Source: an uncultured Candidatus Saccharibacteria bacterium (GTDB lineage: Bacteria; Patescibacteriota; Saccharimonadia; Saccharimonadales; AWTP1-31). From it: a DNA stretch of 64,000 nt. The translations under genes and the position numbers were made by a program. Shown here piece after piece: positions 9,290-19,339 of the stretch (position 1 is the stretch's first letter; every line of letters starts with the position of its first letter). The notes beneath the pieces are model-generated. The model was given only the letters and a program-made list of their open reading frames with translations, did no database searches and had not been told where the DNA came from. Location: contig CALCZR010000059.1 in NCBI GenBank assembly GCA_937903325.1, positions 65,489-129,488 on the forward strand. The letters run 5' to 3'.

Positions 9290-11925
9290 AGCTCACCCCA
9301 ATTCTTACCAACCGTCGTGTCTACTGTTAGCTCAACAGGCAGCTTGTAGGCTTTCTCCATCGTGTCTTTGAGCAGCTTGGCAATATCCTTAGCATCCTCT
9401 TCAGGACACTCAACCAGCACGCTGTCATGGATCTGCAGGAGCATCTTAGCTTTAGTGCCTTGTAGCTTTTCGTGGATGTCTATCATGGCCAATTTCATAA
9501 TGTCGGCTGCACTACCCTGGAATGGCATATTCACTGCTGCACGCATAGCCGCTTCACGAACTGCAAAGTTACTCGATTTAATGTCAGGTGTGGGCCGACG
9601 TCGGCCAAGCATAGTCTCGACAAAGCCATCTTCCTTAGCTTTCTCTTTAACTGACTCAATGTATTTCTTGAGTGTTGGTCGGGTTTCAAAGTACTTCTCA
9701 ATAAAGGTCTTAGCTGCATCATAGGTCATGCCCGTAGCAGCCACCAAACCGTGTACGCTAAGTCCGTACATAATGCCGAAGTTAACAACCTTAGCTTCAC
9801 GGCGCATGTTCTTAGTGACGTCTTCCGGGTCACGTCCGTATACCTGCGCAGCCGTCATAGTATGGATGTCTGCTCCGCGGTTAAAGGCGGCGATCATCTC
9901 TTTGTCGTCAGCCAGTACTGCAGCAAGGCGTAGCTCAAACTGACTGTAGTCTGCACCAACAAGCGTATTGCCCTTGTTAGCTACAAACGCCGTACGAATA
10001 CGCTTACCAAGTTCGGTGCGCACCGGAATGTTCTGGAGATTTGGATCGTTGCTACTGAGTCGCCCCGTCTGGGCAACCGTCAGTGCAAAATTAGTGTGCA
10101 GCTTGGAGTCTTTGTCTACCAGCTTTGGTAATGCATCTATGTAGGTACTCTTGAGCTTAGTCACTTCGCGGTACTGGGTGATCATATCAATAATTGGGTG
10201 CCCTGCTCGCAATTTATCTAGTTCACTAGCAGCTGTTGAGTAGCCAGTCTTACCTTTCTTAATACCTTCTGTTGGTAGCTTCAGCTTTTCGAACAAGATA
10301 TCTGCGAGTTGTGCTGGTGAACCAATATTAAATTCTTGGTCAGCAAAGCCATAAATTTGTTGCTCAAGATCGCTAATCATATCGTCTACTTGAGCAGCCA
10401 TGAGTTTCAAGTAATGAGTATCGAGCAGGATACCTTCCTGCTCCATGGCAGCAAGTACAGGTATTATTTTCCACTCAATGTTCTCGGCCAACTTCTTCAG
10501 GCTCGGGATCTTATCCAGCTCAGCCTTCTGCTGCTTATACAGTCCGTACACTACCGCCGTCACGTCAGCCGGCGTAGCAACCGTTTCGTCTAGGTGCACG
10601 CCAATATCTGCCGCTGCTAGTTCACTCAAAGATTGTTCACGCCTCAGGCTGTTAATAATAAAGCTGCCGATAAGCACATCATGCTCAACTTTTGGTACTG
10701 AAACCCCTAGGGCAATGAGTGCCTTCAGTGAGGTCTTAATGTCGTAGCCAATTACTGAATCGTGGGCCATGAAACAGGAGTTGAGTGTTCCCTGCACTAG
10801 TTCGGGTGTCAGCTTATCCAGCTTCAGAACAATAGTCTGGTCATCAAAACCAAGCATTATTTGTTCAGGCACCCGGTCACGGTCATCGCTGCAGGTCGAT
10901 TGAATAACCAATTGCTTGGCTTTCGGTACAGTGAACTTCTTTAGTGCCTTGTCATCTACGATCTCGACAACCGTGCCAACTTTCAAGTTTTTGAGTTCTT
11001 CCCGCTTAGTACTCTCGTCTGTCGTTACGTTCATGTATTCAGGTAGTTGTCGTGCCAAGGTTCGGAACTCTAATTCTTCTAACTTAGTCCGGATCTTTTC
11101 TGGGTCGCAGGCACTAATATCTAGTTCTTTGAGGTTGAGTTTAATAGGAGCGTCGGTCCATATATCTGCCAATTCTTTACTGAGGTATGCCAGTTCTTTA
11201 CCAGCTTCTAGTTTCTTGCGCGTACTCTCCTTGATAAGATCAAGATTCTCATACACCCCGTCCAGTGTTTTATGTACTTTAAGTAGATCTAACGCACCCT
11301 TTTCACCAATACCTGGTACTCCTGGAATATTGTCAGAGCTATCCCCTTTCAGGGCCTTAAGGTCTAGGAACTGTTTCGGCAGAATGCCGTACTTTTCGGT
11401 GAAACTCTCTGGGTGATACAACTCAATATTACTCAGTCCTTTTTTCAAGGCATACACACTTACGTGTGGGTTGATCAGCTGCAGCATATCCATATCACTC
11501 GTAATGAGCATTGTCTCGATATCCTGGTCTGCTGCCTGCACTGCTAATGTGCCCATGATGTCGTCAGCTTCATAGTCGTCGAACTCATAGAGCGGCCAGC
11601 CAAATGCAGCGAGCAGATCATGTAGCAATGGAATCTGGTCGTAGAAGTCCTTTGGTGGCGGTTTGCGCCCTGCTTTGTAGGCAGGATATAACTTGAGACG
11701 ACGGCGGATATTAGTCTTGGGCTTATCCCACGCTACACAGACATAGTCAGGGTCTAACTTCCTCAGAACTTCAAGGGCCATGACGGCAAAGCCATACACA
11801 CCACCCGTTGGTGTCCCGTCCTTAGTACTTAGTCCAGGCATGGCATAGTAGCCACGGTAAAAGACGGACTTGCCGTCTATAATTGCTAGTCGTTTTTTCT
11901 TTGTAGTCGTCCCCTTGTCAGTCAT
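9286..11925 (-). CDS. polA: DNA polymerase I
   Basis: 879 aa. It has a 5'-nuclease N-terminus (LAIIDGKSVFYRGYYA), polymerase motif A DYSQFELRLAA, motif B RREAKVVNFGIMYG and motif C LQIHDSVLVE. Confidence 0.95.
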   Translation of the reverse strand: MTDKGTTTKKKRLAIIDGKSVFYRGYYAMPGLSTKDGTPTGGVYGFAVMALEVLRKLDPDYVCVAWDKPKTNIRRRLKLYPAYKAGRKPPPKDFYDQIPLLHDLLAAFGWPLYEFDDYEADDIMGTLAVQAADQDIETMLITSDMDMLQLINPHVSVYALKKGLSNIELYHPESFTEKYGILPKQFLDLKALKGDSSDNIPGVPGIGEKGALDLLKVHKTLDGVYENLDLIKESTRKKLEAGKELAYLSKELADIWTDAPIKLNLKELDISACDPEKIRTKLEELEFRTLARQLPEYMNVTTDESTKREELKNLKVGTVVEIVDDKALKKFTVPKAKQLVIQSTCSDDRDRVPEQIMLGFDDQTIVLKLDKLTPELVQGTLNSCFMAHDSVIGYDIKTSLKALIALGVSVPKVEHDVLIGSFIINSLRREQSLSELAAADIGVHLDETVATPADVTAVVYGLYKQQKAELDKIPSLKKLAENIEWKIIPVLAAMEQEGILLDTHYLKLMAAQVDDMISDLEQQIYGFADQEFNIGSPAQLADILFEKLKLPTEGIKKGKTGYSTAASELDKLRAGHPIIDMITQYREVTKLKSTYIDALPKLVDKDSKLHTNFALTVAQTGRLSSNDPNLQNIPVRTELGKRIRTAFVANKGNTLVGADYSQFELRLAAVLADDKEMIAAFNRGADIHTMTAAQVYGRDPEDVTKNMRREAKVVNFGIMYGLSVHGLVAATGMTYDAAKTFIEKYFETRPTLKKYIESVKEKAKEDGFVETMLGRRRPTPDIKSSNFAVREAAMRAAVNMPFQGSAADIMKLAMIDIHEKLQGTKAKMLLQIHDSVLVECPEEDAKDIAKLLKDTMEKAYKLPVELTVDTTVGKNWGEL

Positions 11926-11940
11926 ACCAATAAGTATACG

Positions 11941-12837
11941 CTAGAACGTTTCATCAAGAGTATCGATCAACATTCCCCGTAATCCCTCTACGTCTCGCAA
12001 ATCTTTAAGCGCTCGATCAACCATTCTCCGAGCCGCCTCAGAGCTTACGCCATGCATTCTCCCAATCTCTCTGTATGACAATCCTTCGCCCGTAACTAAA
12101 CCGAATCGATCGATCACCATAGATTGTCTACGTGGATCAAGAGTCGCGAGCGCCTGCTCGATAACGCTAGCCCCTAGGCCTCGTATTACTGCTTCGTCAG
12201 GCGCATCGCGTGTATCAGGAAGGATATCAATAAATTCATCATCCCCATCTCGCCCCACATGCCTATCAAGCGATGTAGGAGTTATGAGCCGATATAATTC
12301 TTCGTCATCTCTGCTTAGTGCAGGCCCGCCATTCACCTCAGCCCGTCTTGCGGCTCGCAAAGCCGATCCTCTACCGCCTGGTACTCGTATTAATGAGCCT
12401 GTCTGGTCCATTCCTCTCGCTATACTCTGGCGTATCCAGAAGGTTGCGTAGGTACTAAACTTAAAGCCCTTACGCCAATCAAATTTGTCGACGGCGTGTT
12501 CAAGACCTAGGTTGCCTTCTTGGATGAGGTCAAGAAGTTCTAAACCTGTAGGCAGCGGGTACCGCTTAGCAACACTAACGACCAATCGAAGGTTGGCTCT
12601 AATAAACCTATCTTTAGCCGCATTACCTGCAGCAATGGCATGGTGCTCTTCACGCGTAAACGGAAGAGGGGTCTCACCCGCCTTAACCAACGCGTCATGA
12701 TGAGCAGTCAAAGCCTGGCCAGCTTCAACAGCCTTAGCTAACTCCACCTCCTCGGGTGCAGTAAGCAGTGGTACCTTACCAATTTCATTAAGGTACACCC
12801 CAAGAGGGTCTACTCTGTAGCCCGCTGCTTCACTCAC
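11941..12837 (-). CDS. sigma-70 family RNA polymerase sigma factor (second, shorter paralog)
   Basis: 298 aa. Region 2 reads [37 protein letters not shown] and the region 4 HTH reads LSYREIGRMHGVSSEAARRMVDRAL. Confidence 0.85.
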   Translation of the reverse strand: MSEAAGYRVDPLGVYLNEIGKVPLLTAPEEVELAKAVEAGQALTAHHDALVKAGETPLPFTREEHHAIAAGNAAKDRFIRANLRLVVSVAKRYPLPTGLELLDLIQEGNLGLEHAVDKFDWRKGFKFSTYATFWIRQSIARGMDQTGSLIRVPGGRGSALRAARRAEVNGGPALSRDDEELYRLITPTSLDRHVGRDGDDEFIDILPDTRDAPDEAVIRGLGASVIEQALATLDPRRQSMVIDRFGLVTGEGLSYREIGRMHGVSSEAARRMVDRALKDLRDVEGLRGMLIDTLDETF

Positions 12838-12922
12838 TGTTTATTTCCTAACATAGGAAAGCATTTTACCCCTTAGAAATAGTAAAAGCAAAACCGCTAT
12901 AGTTCAGCTATACTGCTTACGT

Positions 12923-15673
12923 ATGGAGCGTGAGAAAAAACCAGCTTATCTATTAGATGTCCCAAGAATATGTAAGGACCTGGGCACGAGCCGAGATGGT
13001 CTGAGTACTTCAGATGCCACTGGTCGCTTAAAACAGTATGGCCTTAACCAGCTAGAAGAAACTCACAAAGAGGGTTGGTTTATTCGTTATCTCCGGCAGT
13101 TCAAAGATCTCATGATCCTGCTGCTCTGTGCTAGTGCCGTCATTTCCTTATACCTGGGAGACCAGCGAACCAGTATCGTGCTCTTCGCCCTGGTCATGTT
13201 CAACACCATCATTGGGTTCACTCAGGAATACAAAGCAGAACGTATCATGGAAAGCCTGGTGCGCCTGGTCGTTCCGGAAGCTAAGGTTGTCCGTGACGGC
13301 AAGCTAGAGAGTATTGCCAGTACCGAAATCGTACCCGGAGATATTGTCTACATAGAAGAAGGTGACAGCGTCCCGGCAGATCTGCGTATTATCGAGGAGA
13401 TGGAGCTGGCTACTAATGACTTTGCCCTAACTGGCGAGAGTAACCCGAGTCGTAAGTTTATTCACGCCATAACTAAAGAAGTCCCCATTGGAGACCGACA
13501 CAACCTTACCTACATGGGAACAACAGTGGCCACCGGCCACGGCTACGGCGTAGTTGTCGGCACCGGTATGCAGACTGAACTCGGCCGCATCGCCAATCTT
13601 AGCCAAAGCACTACACAAGACATTAGCCCCCTCCAAAAAGAACTGAACAATATTGCCAAGCATGTTACTCAGGGCACCATGGTACTGTGTGCCGTACTAC
13701 TGCCCATCGCCATCCAGGCAGACCTTGGCATTAAGGAGGCCTTCCTGTTTGCCATTGGTATTGCCAGTTCCATTATCCCGCAGGGTCTGCCGGCTGAGAT
13801 CAACACAACCCTGGCCCAAGCCGCCAACCGTCTAGCGCGAGCGAGAGCACTGGTCAAGAAACTTTCTGCCGTCGAGTCACTCGGCGCCACCAGTATTATC
13901 TGCACCGACAAGACAGGCACCCTTACCAAGAATCAGATGACCGTCCAGCAACTGCTTGTCGGCAAGCAAACCTACCACGTCACCGGCACCGGCTACAAAG
14001 CTACTGGTGACATACGAACTGACGCTGGCAAGCTCAGTTCTAAAGAACTCAAAGATCTAGAAATCTTCTTTGCCGCTGGAGCCTTCGCCAGCAATGCCCG
14101 CGTTGATGCTCCCGACGCCGAACACGCCGATTGGTATGCCATTGGTGACCCAACCGAAGCTGCTCTTATTACCCTTGCTCAGAAGGCAGGACTGGAGCCA
14201 CTCGCTTTAGAGCGAACCTATCCAGAACTTAAGGAATTCCCCTTTGACTCTGCTCGCAAACGCATGAGTTCCATCCGAGCCTGGGGAGATGGCAAGAACA
14301 CCTATGTATTTGTAAAAGGCGCTCCCGAAAACGTACTGGATAAATGTACGCACATATGGGATCACGGCCACACCAGGAATATGGATAAGGCTTCTCGCAG
14401 CTTTATACTCAACCAGAACGAACAACTTGCCCAAGATGCCCTACGCAACCTCAGCTTCGCCTACAAGATTTTACCCGGCACTAAGCACGCTCACTCCATT
14501 ACCATGGAAGAGGCTGAGTCTGACCTTACCTATCTTGGCATGGTCTCCATGCTCGACCCCTTACGTGACGAGGTGTCTGAGGCAATGGCAGACGCCCGGC
14601 AGGCTCACATTGCCGTGTCCATTATTACTGGCGACTACGCCACCACCGCCCAGGCCATCGCTCACAAAGCAGGACTGGCTGAGAACAAAGACGACATTAC
14701 CGTAGTCGTCGGCGATGAAGTCCAGAAGCTCAAAGATTCTGAGATCCTGAAACTCACTACCGGAGGAAGTGTTCTGTTTTCTCGAGTTAGTCCAGAAGAC
14801 AAACTCCGTATTGTAGGCCTTATTAAAAACAGCGGCCGCGTTGTGGCTGTTACGGGAGATGGCATCAACGATGCCCCTGCCCTCAAGCAAGCAGATATTG
14901 GTGTGGCCATGGGCGTAACTGGTACCGACGTTGCCAAGCAGTCCGCGGACATAGTCCTGCTCGACGACAGCTTTCACACCCTTATTGGAGCCGTCCAGCA
15001 AGGACGCGTAGTCTTCCAGAATATCCGTAAAGGCACGCTTAGTTGCTTTACTAGCAACAGTGCTGAGCTTGTCGTAAACCTGGTCAGTCTGGCTGCTGCT
15101 AGCCTGTTTGGCGTGCCACTGGCCCTGACTGTTATGCAGATTCTGGCCATTGACCTTATCGCTGAGCTCTTCCCTATCGCGGCTCTTGGCTGGGACCAAG
15201 CCGACCGAGAACTTATGCAAGAACCACCTCGAGATCCCAAAGAACACATCCTGAATAAAAAGACGATCGCTGACCTATTGTGGTGTGGCTTACTAATTGG
15301 CGGCTTAGCCTTTGGTAATTACCTACTGTTCTTTGACCGTAGCGGCGTTGCCGCGGATACGGTAAAAAGCGGCAGCCTGCTACATATGAAAGCCACCGCC
15401 ATAACGTACCTGACCATTGTTCTGTGCCAACTTGGCAACATCTTACAACGACGTAGTCAGCAAGGTTTGTTTACTCGCTACCAACTACACAACAGCTACC
15501 TGTGGGGAGCCATGGCTCTCAGCATGACATGCGTAGTGGCAGTTATTTACACACCGATTAATCAGTACTTTGGTTCTGCCCCACTTAGTGGTGCAGACTG
15601 GCTATACGCTGCAGGCGCCGCTGCAGTGTTCTTAGGAATAAGAGAGTTACAGAGACTGGTTACTAAACCCTAA
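12923..15673 (+). CDS. cation-transporting P-type ATPase (type II, Ca2+/Mg2+-like)
   Basis: 916 aa with the actuator motif LTGESNP, the phosphorylation site CTDKTGTLT, the hinge VTGDGINDAPALKQADIG and about 10 predicted TM helices. A TATACT box lies 8 nt upstream of the ATG. Confidence 0.9.
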   Translation: MEREKKPAYLLDVPRICKDLGTSRDGLSTSDATGRLKQYGLNQLEETHKEGWFIRYLRQFKDLMILLLCASAVISLYLGDQRTSIVLFALVMFNTIIGFTQEYKAERIMESLVRLVVPEAKVVRDGKLESIASTEIVPGDIVYIEEGDSVPADLRIIEEMELATNDFALTGESNPSRKFIHAITKEVPIGDRHNLTYMGTTVATGHGYGVVVGTGMQTELGRIANLSQSTTQDISPLQKELNNIAKHVTQGTMVLCAVLLPIAIQADLGIKEAFLFAIGIASSIIPQGLPAEINTTLAQAANRLARARALVKKLSAVESLGATSIICTDKTGTLTKNQMTVQQLLVGKQTYHVTGTGYKATGDIRTDAGKLSSKELKDLEIFFAAGAFASNARVDAPDAEHADWYAIGDPTEAALITLAQKAGLEPLALERTYPELKEFPFDSARKRMSSIRAWGDGKNTYVFVKGAPENVLDKCTHIWDHGHTRNMDKASRSFILNQNEQLAQDALRNLSFAYKILPGTKHAHSITMEEAESDLTYLGMVSMLDPLRDEVSEAMADARQAHIAVSIITGDYATTAQAIAHKAGLAENKDDITVVVGDEVQKLKDSEILKLTTGGSVLFSRVSPEDKLRIVGLIKNSGRVVAVTGDGINDAPALKQADIGVAMGVTGTDVAKQSADIVLLDDSFHTLIGAVQQGRVVFQNIRKGTLSCFTSNSAELVVNLVSLAAASLFGVPLALTVMQILAIDLIAELFPIAALGWDQADRELMQEPPRDPKEHILNKKTIADLLWCGLLIGGLAFGNYLLFFDRSGVAADTVKSGSLLHMKATAITYLTIVLCQLGNILQRRSQQGLFTRYQLHNSYLWGAMALSMTCVVAVIYTPINQYFGSAPLSGADWLYAAGAAAVFLGIRELQRLVTKP

Positions 15674-16463
15674 CTTGGAGTGGGACATTGGCAAACGGAA
15701 TGTCCGCTTCGCCGAGCATGGCACCGCTCATGGTAAGCATATCGTTATATGCCTGGTTCTTCTTAGCGACGTCTAGTGGCACATTCGTGCTAGCTATCGA
15801 GTAATCAAATGAGAAGTCTACGTCATTATCTGCAAAAGTTATCTTGGCTACTACACCAGGTTCAATATTTTCACCAGTCTCTAGATTTCCACCAAATGCA
15901 CCAACTTGCACTGACATTACGCGCTGGGTAGCAGTGTCCCGTGTTACAACTGCATTCCAGAAGCCTTGTGTTGGGCCATCTTGGTATTCACGATTAAAGT
16001 TAGTAGTAGTAATACCTGTATTAGCATCTTCAGTTGTTACGCTCCGTCCGTCCCGAGTAAACTGGCCAATCCATGGCTTAAGTCGAGTGCGTGCATCTTC
16101 TGCCGTTAGTGGGGGGACCTCTTCTGGCGATCGTTCCACGGTACCACCATTTACATCATTATCTAGGATAGATATCGGTGGCATCGCTACATCAGGCATA
16201 GTTGTAGAGGTTGTTTCAACAGGTGCAGTTGTCGTACTGGGTACTAATTCTGTAGTGGTTGTAGGTGTCGATGCTACAGGAGTCTCAGTAGTAGTTGTAG
16301 CTGGCTTATCTAAACCAGAAGCCCTGTCATTAGTTGGTACTGGCTGACTATCACCTTTAGCAATCAATGCTGCACCGCCACCAGCTAGAAGTGCTATGGC
16401 AGCAGCTGCGCCAGCAGCTCTACGTCGGGCAGGTCCTGGACGTTTATAGGAGTCGAGATTCAT
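15663..16463 (-). CDS. membrane-anchored Thr/Pro-rich extracellular hypothetical protein
   Basis: 266 aa with an N-terminal anchor (AAAAIALLAGGGAALIA), a Thr-rich linker (TTTTETPVASTPTTTTELVPSTTTAPVETTSTT) and then a globular C-terminal domain. Its stop region overlaps the ATPase 3' end by 11 nt. Confidence 0.55.
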   Translation of the reverse strand: MNLDSYKRPGPARRRAAGAAAAIALLAGGGAALIAKGDSQPVPTNDRASGLDKPATTTTETPVASTPTTTTELVPSTTTAPVETTSTTMPDVAMPPISILDNDVNGGTVERSPEEVPPLTAEDARTRLKPWIGQFTRDGRSVTTEDANTGITTTNFNREYQDGPTQGFWNAVVTRDTATQRVMSVQVGAFGGNLETGENIEPGVVAKITFADNDVDFSFDYSIASTNVPLDVAKKNQAYNDMLTMSGAMLGEADIPFANVPLQVRV

Positions 16464-16552
16464 AATTGTTCCTTACTTAGAGTTACTTTTATTTTTATGT
16501 AGCTAGAAAATATAGTATCACTCTTGAGCTTATTTGTCAATCTCAACCCTTG

Positions 16553-17122
16553 TTACGTCAGTATGGGTTTGAGCATCTGCTCTGCTGCATCCTCGAAGGC
16601 TGCAATATCATTACCGTCATTCTCTAAGAAGATATCGCAGCGCTTTTTTACAGCCGCAATGTTGAGCGTAGCCGAGTCACCAGTTGGATGCATCTCACGT
16701 TCCTGTTCTTCCAAGAATTCTTCAAAGGTCTTCCGGTCTTCTACCCGCCCACGGTCGTTACTGGTAATACGAGCGTAGCGGACCTTTGGATCTGCATCTA
16801 CCCATAGCATAGTGCCTCCCAGTTCATGCACGCGGTCCGCCTCACCTGGATGTCGCAGGCTGCCCACGATAATACCTTTGTAATTGCCTGCCTTAAAGGC
16901 CTCAACAGCCTTATCTACAATCACACCCATGCCGAATTCACGGCGCCACTCAGCACTCACCATAGACTTGTTCTCACGCTCGTGCGCTAGCCCTCGCTTT
17001 GTCAGCTCATCCCCTAGCATCTGCGTAGCATCCGCAAATAAAAAGCCGTACTTCTCAGCCAGCAAATGCGCAACAGTGTCCTTACCGCTACCGTTTGTTC
17101 CAGATAGTCCAATGATTATCAT
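16553..17122 (-). CDS. P-loop nucleotide kinase family protein (dephospho-CoA kinase/AAA-like)
   Basis: MIIIGLSGTNGSGKDTVAHLL places the Walker A motif right at the N-terminus. The ORF track starts at a TTG at 17158, but the ATG at 17122 gives the typical N-terminus. The start is uncertain. Confidence 0.6.
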   Translation of the reverse strand: MIIIGLSGTNGSGKDTVAHLLAEKYGFLFADATQMLGDELTKRGLAHERENKSMVSAEWRREFGMGVIVDKAVEAFKAGNYKGIIVGSLRHPGEADRVHELGGTMLWVDADPKVRYARITSNDRGRVEDRKTFEEFLEEQEREMHPTGDSATLNIAAVKKRCDIFLENDGNDIAAFEDAAEQMLKPILT

Positions 17123-17163
17123 ATGATTCGTATTATACATAACCCGGAGCAGCAACACCTTAC

Positions 17164-18156
17164 TTAGCTAGGTTCGACAGCGTCACGAATTGCTATGAGC
17201 CCACCAGTGAAGCTCCTGATATTGTCCGGAGCATGGTTCAGTCTTGGATATAGGTTAGGCTGTACAGCGTTCACAACCTGCGCTAGTTTGCGCATAGCAG
17301 TTGCTCGCGTAGCCTGGTGTCGGGCAGCAACAAGCAGCTCAAAGATCGACTGACCTTCCGGATCTTGTTGGTACCGAGCTTGTTCAAGAATGTTCAGACC
17401 CCCTGCTGCAAAACCTGGCGTGTACATGACTATCTTACCTGCTCCATTTTTAGCAGCGTATAGCTCTATACCTGTAAGATGCGGTTGTGTCTGCCGTACT
17501 TCTTGAGGATTTGGCACAATACCTCTTGCAAGATCATATCGCATAGCTGCCTCTTCAGCGAAAGCTTCTTCAAAGAAGCTACCATACCGCTCAATTCCAG
17601 CTACCGGGCGCTTTCGGAGTAGCCCTGCTTTTTCCTTCGTGATATGGCCTTTCATTAGCCCAGCATTAATATGCGCTGACGCTACCCATCGTAACCCTCC
17701 CAATGCCGTTCGTTGTGATCCTGTCATAGTCACCGTTGCCCGCTCGATTGCACCATGAGCTAGCTCGTGTGCAACTAATCGTATTGCGTGATTTGCTTGT
17801 AGGTCACTTGGGTTTTCTTTAACAATCCGAGCATCAATGTACGCCCGATGCCTATCTCCTGCGTACGCTCCTTGGGCATTCCCTGCTGCCAGTGAGCTTA
17901 AACCCCCTTCGATAAGGTCAACTTCTGGTAAGTCGGTAGGGTCAAAGCCGGTTAGGTCGGCTACAAAATCGCGGGCTTGACCCACTTCCACTTTAAACCA
18001 CTCTGGCGACTGGACTACTAACGATTCGGGGTCATTAGTCAGCTCAACATCCAGAAAGTGACGCCTTCGTAGTGCTCCACCTTCAAACCCGTATACTCTC
18101 AGAGAGTCCATAGGAGCGGGACCTTGAGGACGAGAAGAAACTGGCAGATTATGCAT
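17164..18156 (-). CDS. hypothetical protein with HExxH motif (putative metallopeptidase, similar motif layout to 3589..4902)
   Basis: 330 aa. It carries LVAHELAHGAIE and, about 61 aa downstream, FFEEAFAEEAA. There is no signal peptide. It lies directly downstream of rpoD in the same orientation. Confidence 0.55.
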   Translation of the reverse strand: MHNLPVSSRPQGPAPMDSLRVYGFEGGALRRRHFLDVELTNDPESLVVQSPEWFKVEVGQARDFVADLTGFDPTDLPEVDLIEGGLSSLAAGNAQGAYAGDRHRAYIDARIVKENPSDLQANHAIRLVAHELAHGAIERATVTMTGSQRTALGGLRWVASAHINAGLMKGHITKEKAGLLRKRPVAGIERYGSFFEEAFAEEAAMRYDLARGIVPNPQEVRQTQPHLTGIELYAAKNGAGKIVMYTPGFAAGGLNILEQARYQQDPEGQSIFELLVAARHQATRATAMRKLAQVVNAVQPNLYPRLNHAPDNIRSFTGGLIAIRDAVEPS

Positions 18157-18208
18157 ATATAAACATTAGCATAATTTAGCTATTTAATCAAGCTTGTGCT
18201 TAGGTATG

Positions 18209-19339
18209 CTACTTGATGTAATCGTGTAGTTTCTTGGCGTCTTTGTGCTTACGAAGCTTAGCAAGCGCCTTAGCTTCGATCTGTCGAATACGTTCACGGG
18301 TCACGTTAAATTCCTGCCCTACTTCCTCAAGTGTATGACTCTTGCCATCTTCGAGGCCAAAACGGAGCTTCAGGATCTTTTGCTCGCGCTCTGTTAATGC
18401 GCCGAGCATGTCCTTAACGTGTTCCTTGAGTAATTGGCTGGTAGCGGATTCTTCAGGGCTGACAGTATCTTCGTCTTCAATGAAGTCACCAAGTACTGAG
18501 TCTTCTTCGTCATCTCGCACACTCGCATCAAGCGAACTAATATCCTGCTTGATCTTCATGATGTGCTCAACCTTCTCGACATCGATTTCCATTTCTTTGG
18601 CAATCTCTTCGTTGGTTGGTTCACGGTTGAGTTCTTGGGTCAGACGTCGCTGCGTACGGAGCAGCTTGTTAATGGTCTCTACCATGTGCACTGGAATACG
18701 AATGGTACGGGCTTGGTCAGCAATAGCGCGGGTAATAGCCTGTCGGATCCACCAGGTTGCATAGGTAGAAAACTTAAAGCCCTTATCTGGGTCAAACTTC
18801 TCTACGGCACGAAGCAGTCCAGTGTTACCTTCTTGAATAAGGTCCAGAAGATCCAGTCCACGACCTACGTAACGCTTTGCGATGCTCACTACAAGACGCA
18901 TGTTAGCTTCTGCCATTTGGTCCTTGGCATCTTTTTCACCAGCAACTACTCGTTGAGCAAGAGCAAGTTCTTCGTCCGCCTTAAGCAGTGGAATTTTACC
19001 AATTTCACGCAGATACAAACGAACTGAGTCATCTGCTACATCGTCTAGGTATACCTGGTCGGTAATAACGATCTCTTCGTCGTCCTCTGCAGTCCACTCA
19101 TCACTCAGTGCTGGTTCGCTCTTGTCAGTAGCAGTTGTAATCTTAATATTGTTGTCGGCTAGTTCGGTATACAGACTGTCGAGAATATCTACGTTGTCTG
19201 GAGTGTCAGGAAAGGCTGCCGTGATATCGCGCTGGTCGATTTCACCAGCTTTCTTAGCCTTTACGACTAGTTCTAATTTTACTTCTTCAGGTGTCTGTGC
19301 AGCAGCGTCTTTGGCTGCGGGTTTCTTAGCTCGTGGCAT
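18209..19339 (-). CDS. rpoD: primary RNA polymerase sigma factor
   Basis: 376 aa. Regions 2-3 read [54 protein letters not shown] and region 4.2 reads [24 protein letters not shown]. There is a TAATG stop/start overlap with dnaG. Confidence 0.92.
   Translation of the reverse strand: MPRAKKPAAKDAAAQTPEEVKLELVVKAKKAGEIDQRDITAAFPDTPDNVDILDSLYTELADNNIKITTATDKSEPALSDEWTAEDDEEIVITDQVYLDDVADDSVRLYLREIGKIPLLKADEELALAQRVVAGEKDAKDQMAEANMRLVVSIAKRYVGRGLDLLDLIQEGNTGLLRAVEKFDPDKGFKFSTYATWWIRQAITRAIADQARTIRIPVHMVETINKLLRTQRRLTQELNREPTNEEIAKEMEIDVEKVEHIMKIKQDISSLDASVRDDEEDSVLGDFIEDEDTVSPEESATSQLLKEHVKDMLGALTEREQKILKLRFGLEDGKSHTLEEVGQEFNVTRERIRQIEAKALAKLRKHKDAKKLHDYIK

Noticed and set aside
8748-9371. Long antisense ORFs in the six-frame track, including 8748..9371 +, 10916..11416 +, 14561..15247 -, 15844..16347 +, 18342..18764 +, 44592..45077 +, 55338..55796 + and 58910..59575 -.
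   Set aside because: Each lies inside, and opposite to, an ORF with clear family motifs (HAD, polA, P-type ATPase, rpoD, pilins, VirB6-like and others). Their translations are Ser/Leu/Arg/Pro-rich with no motifs, which is typical of shadow ORFs.
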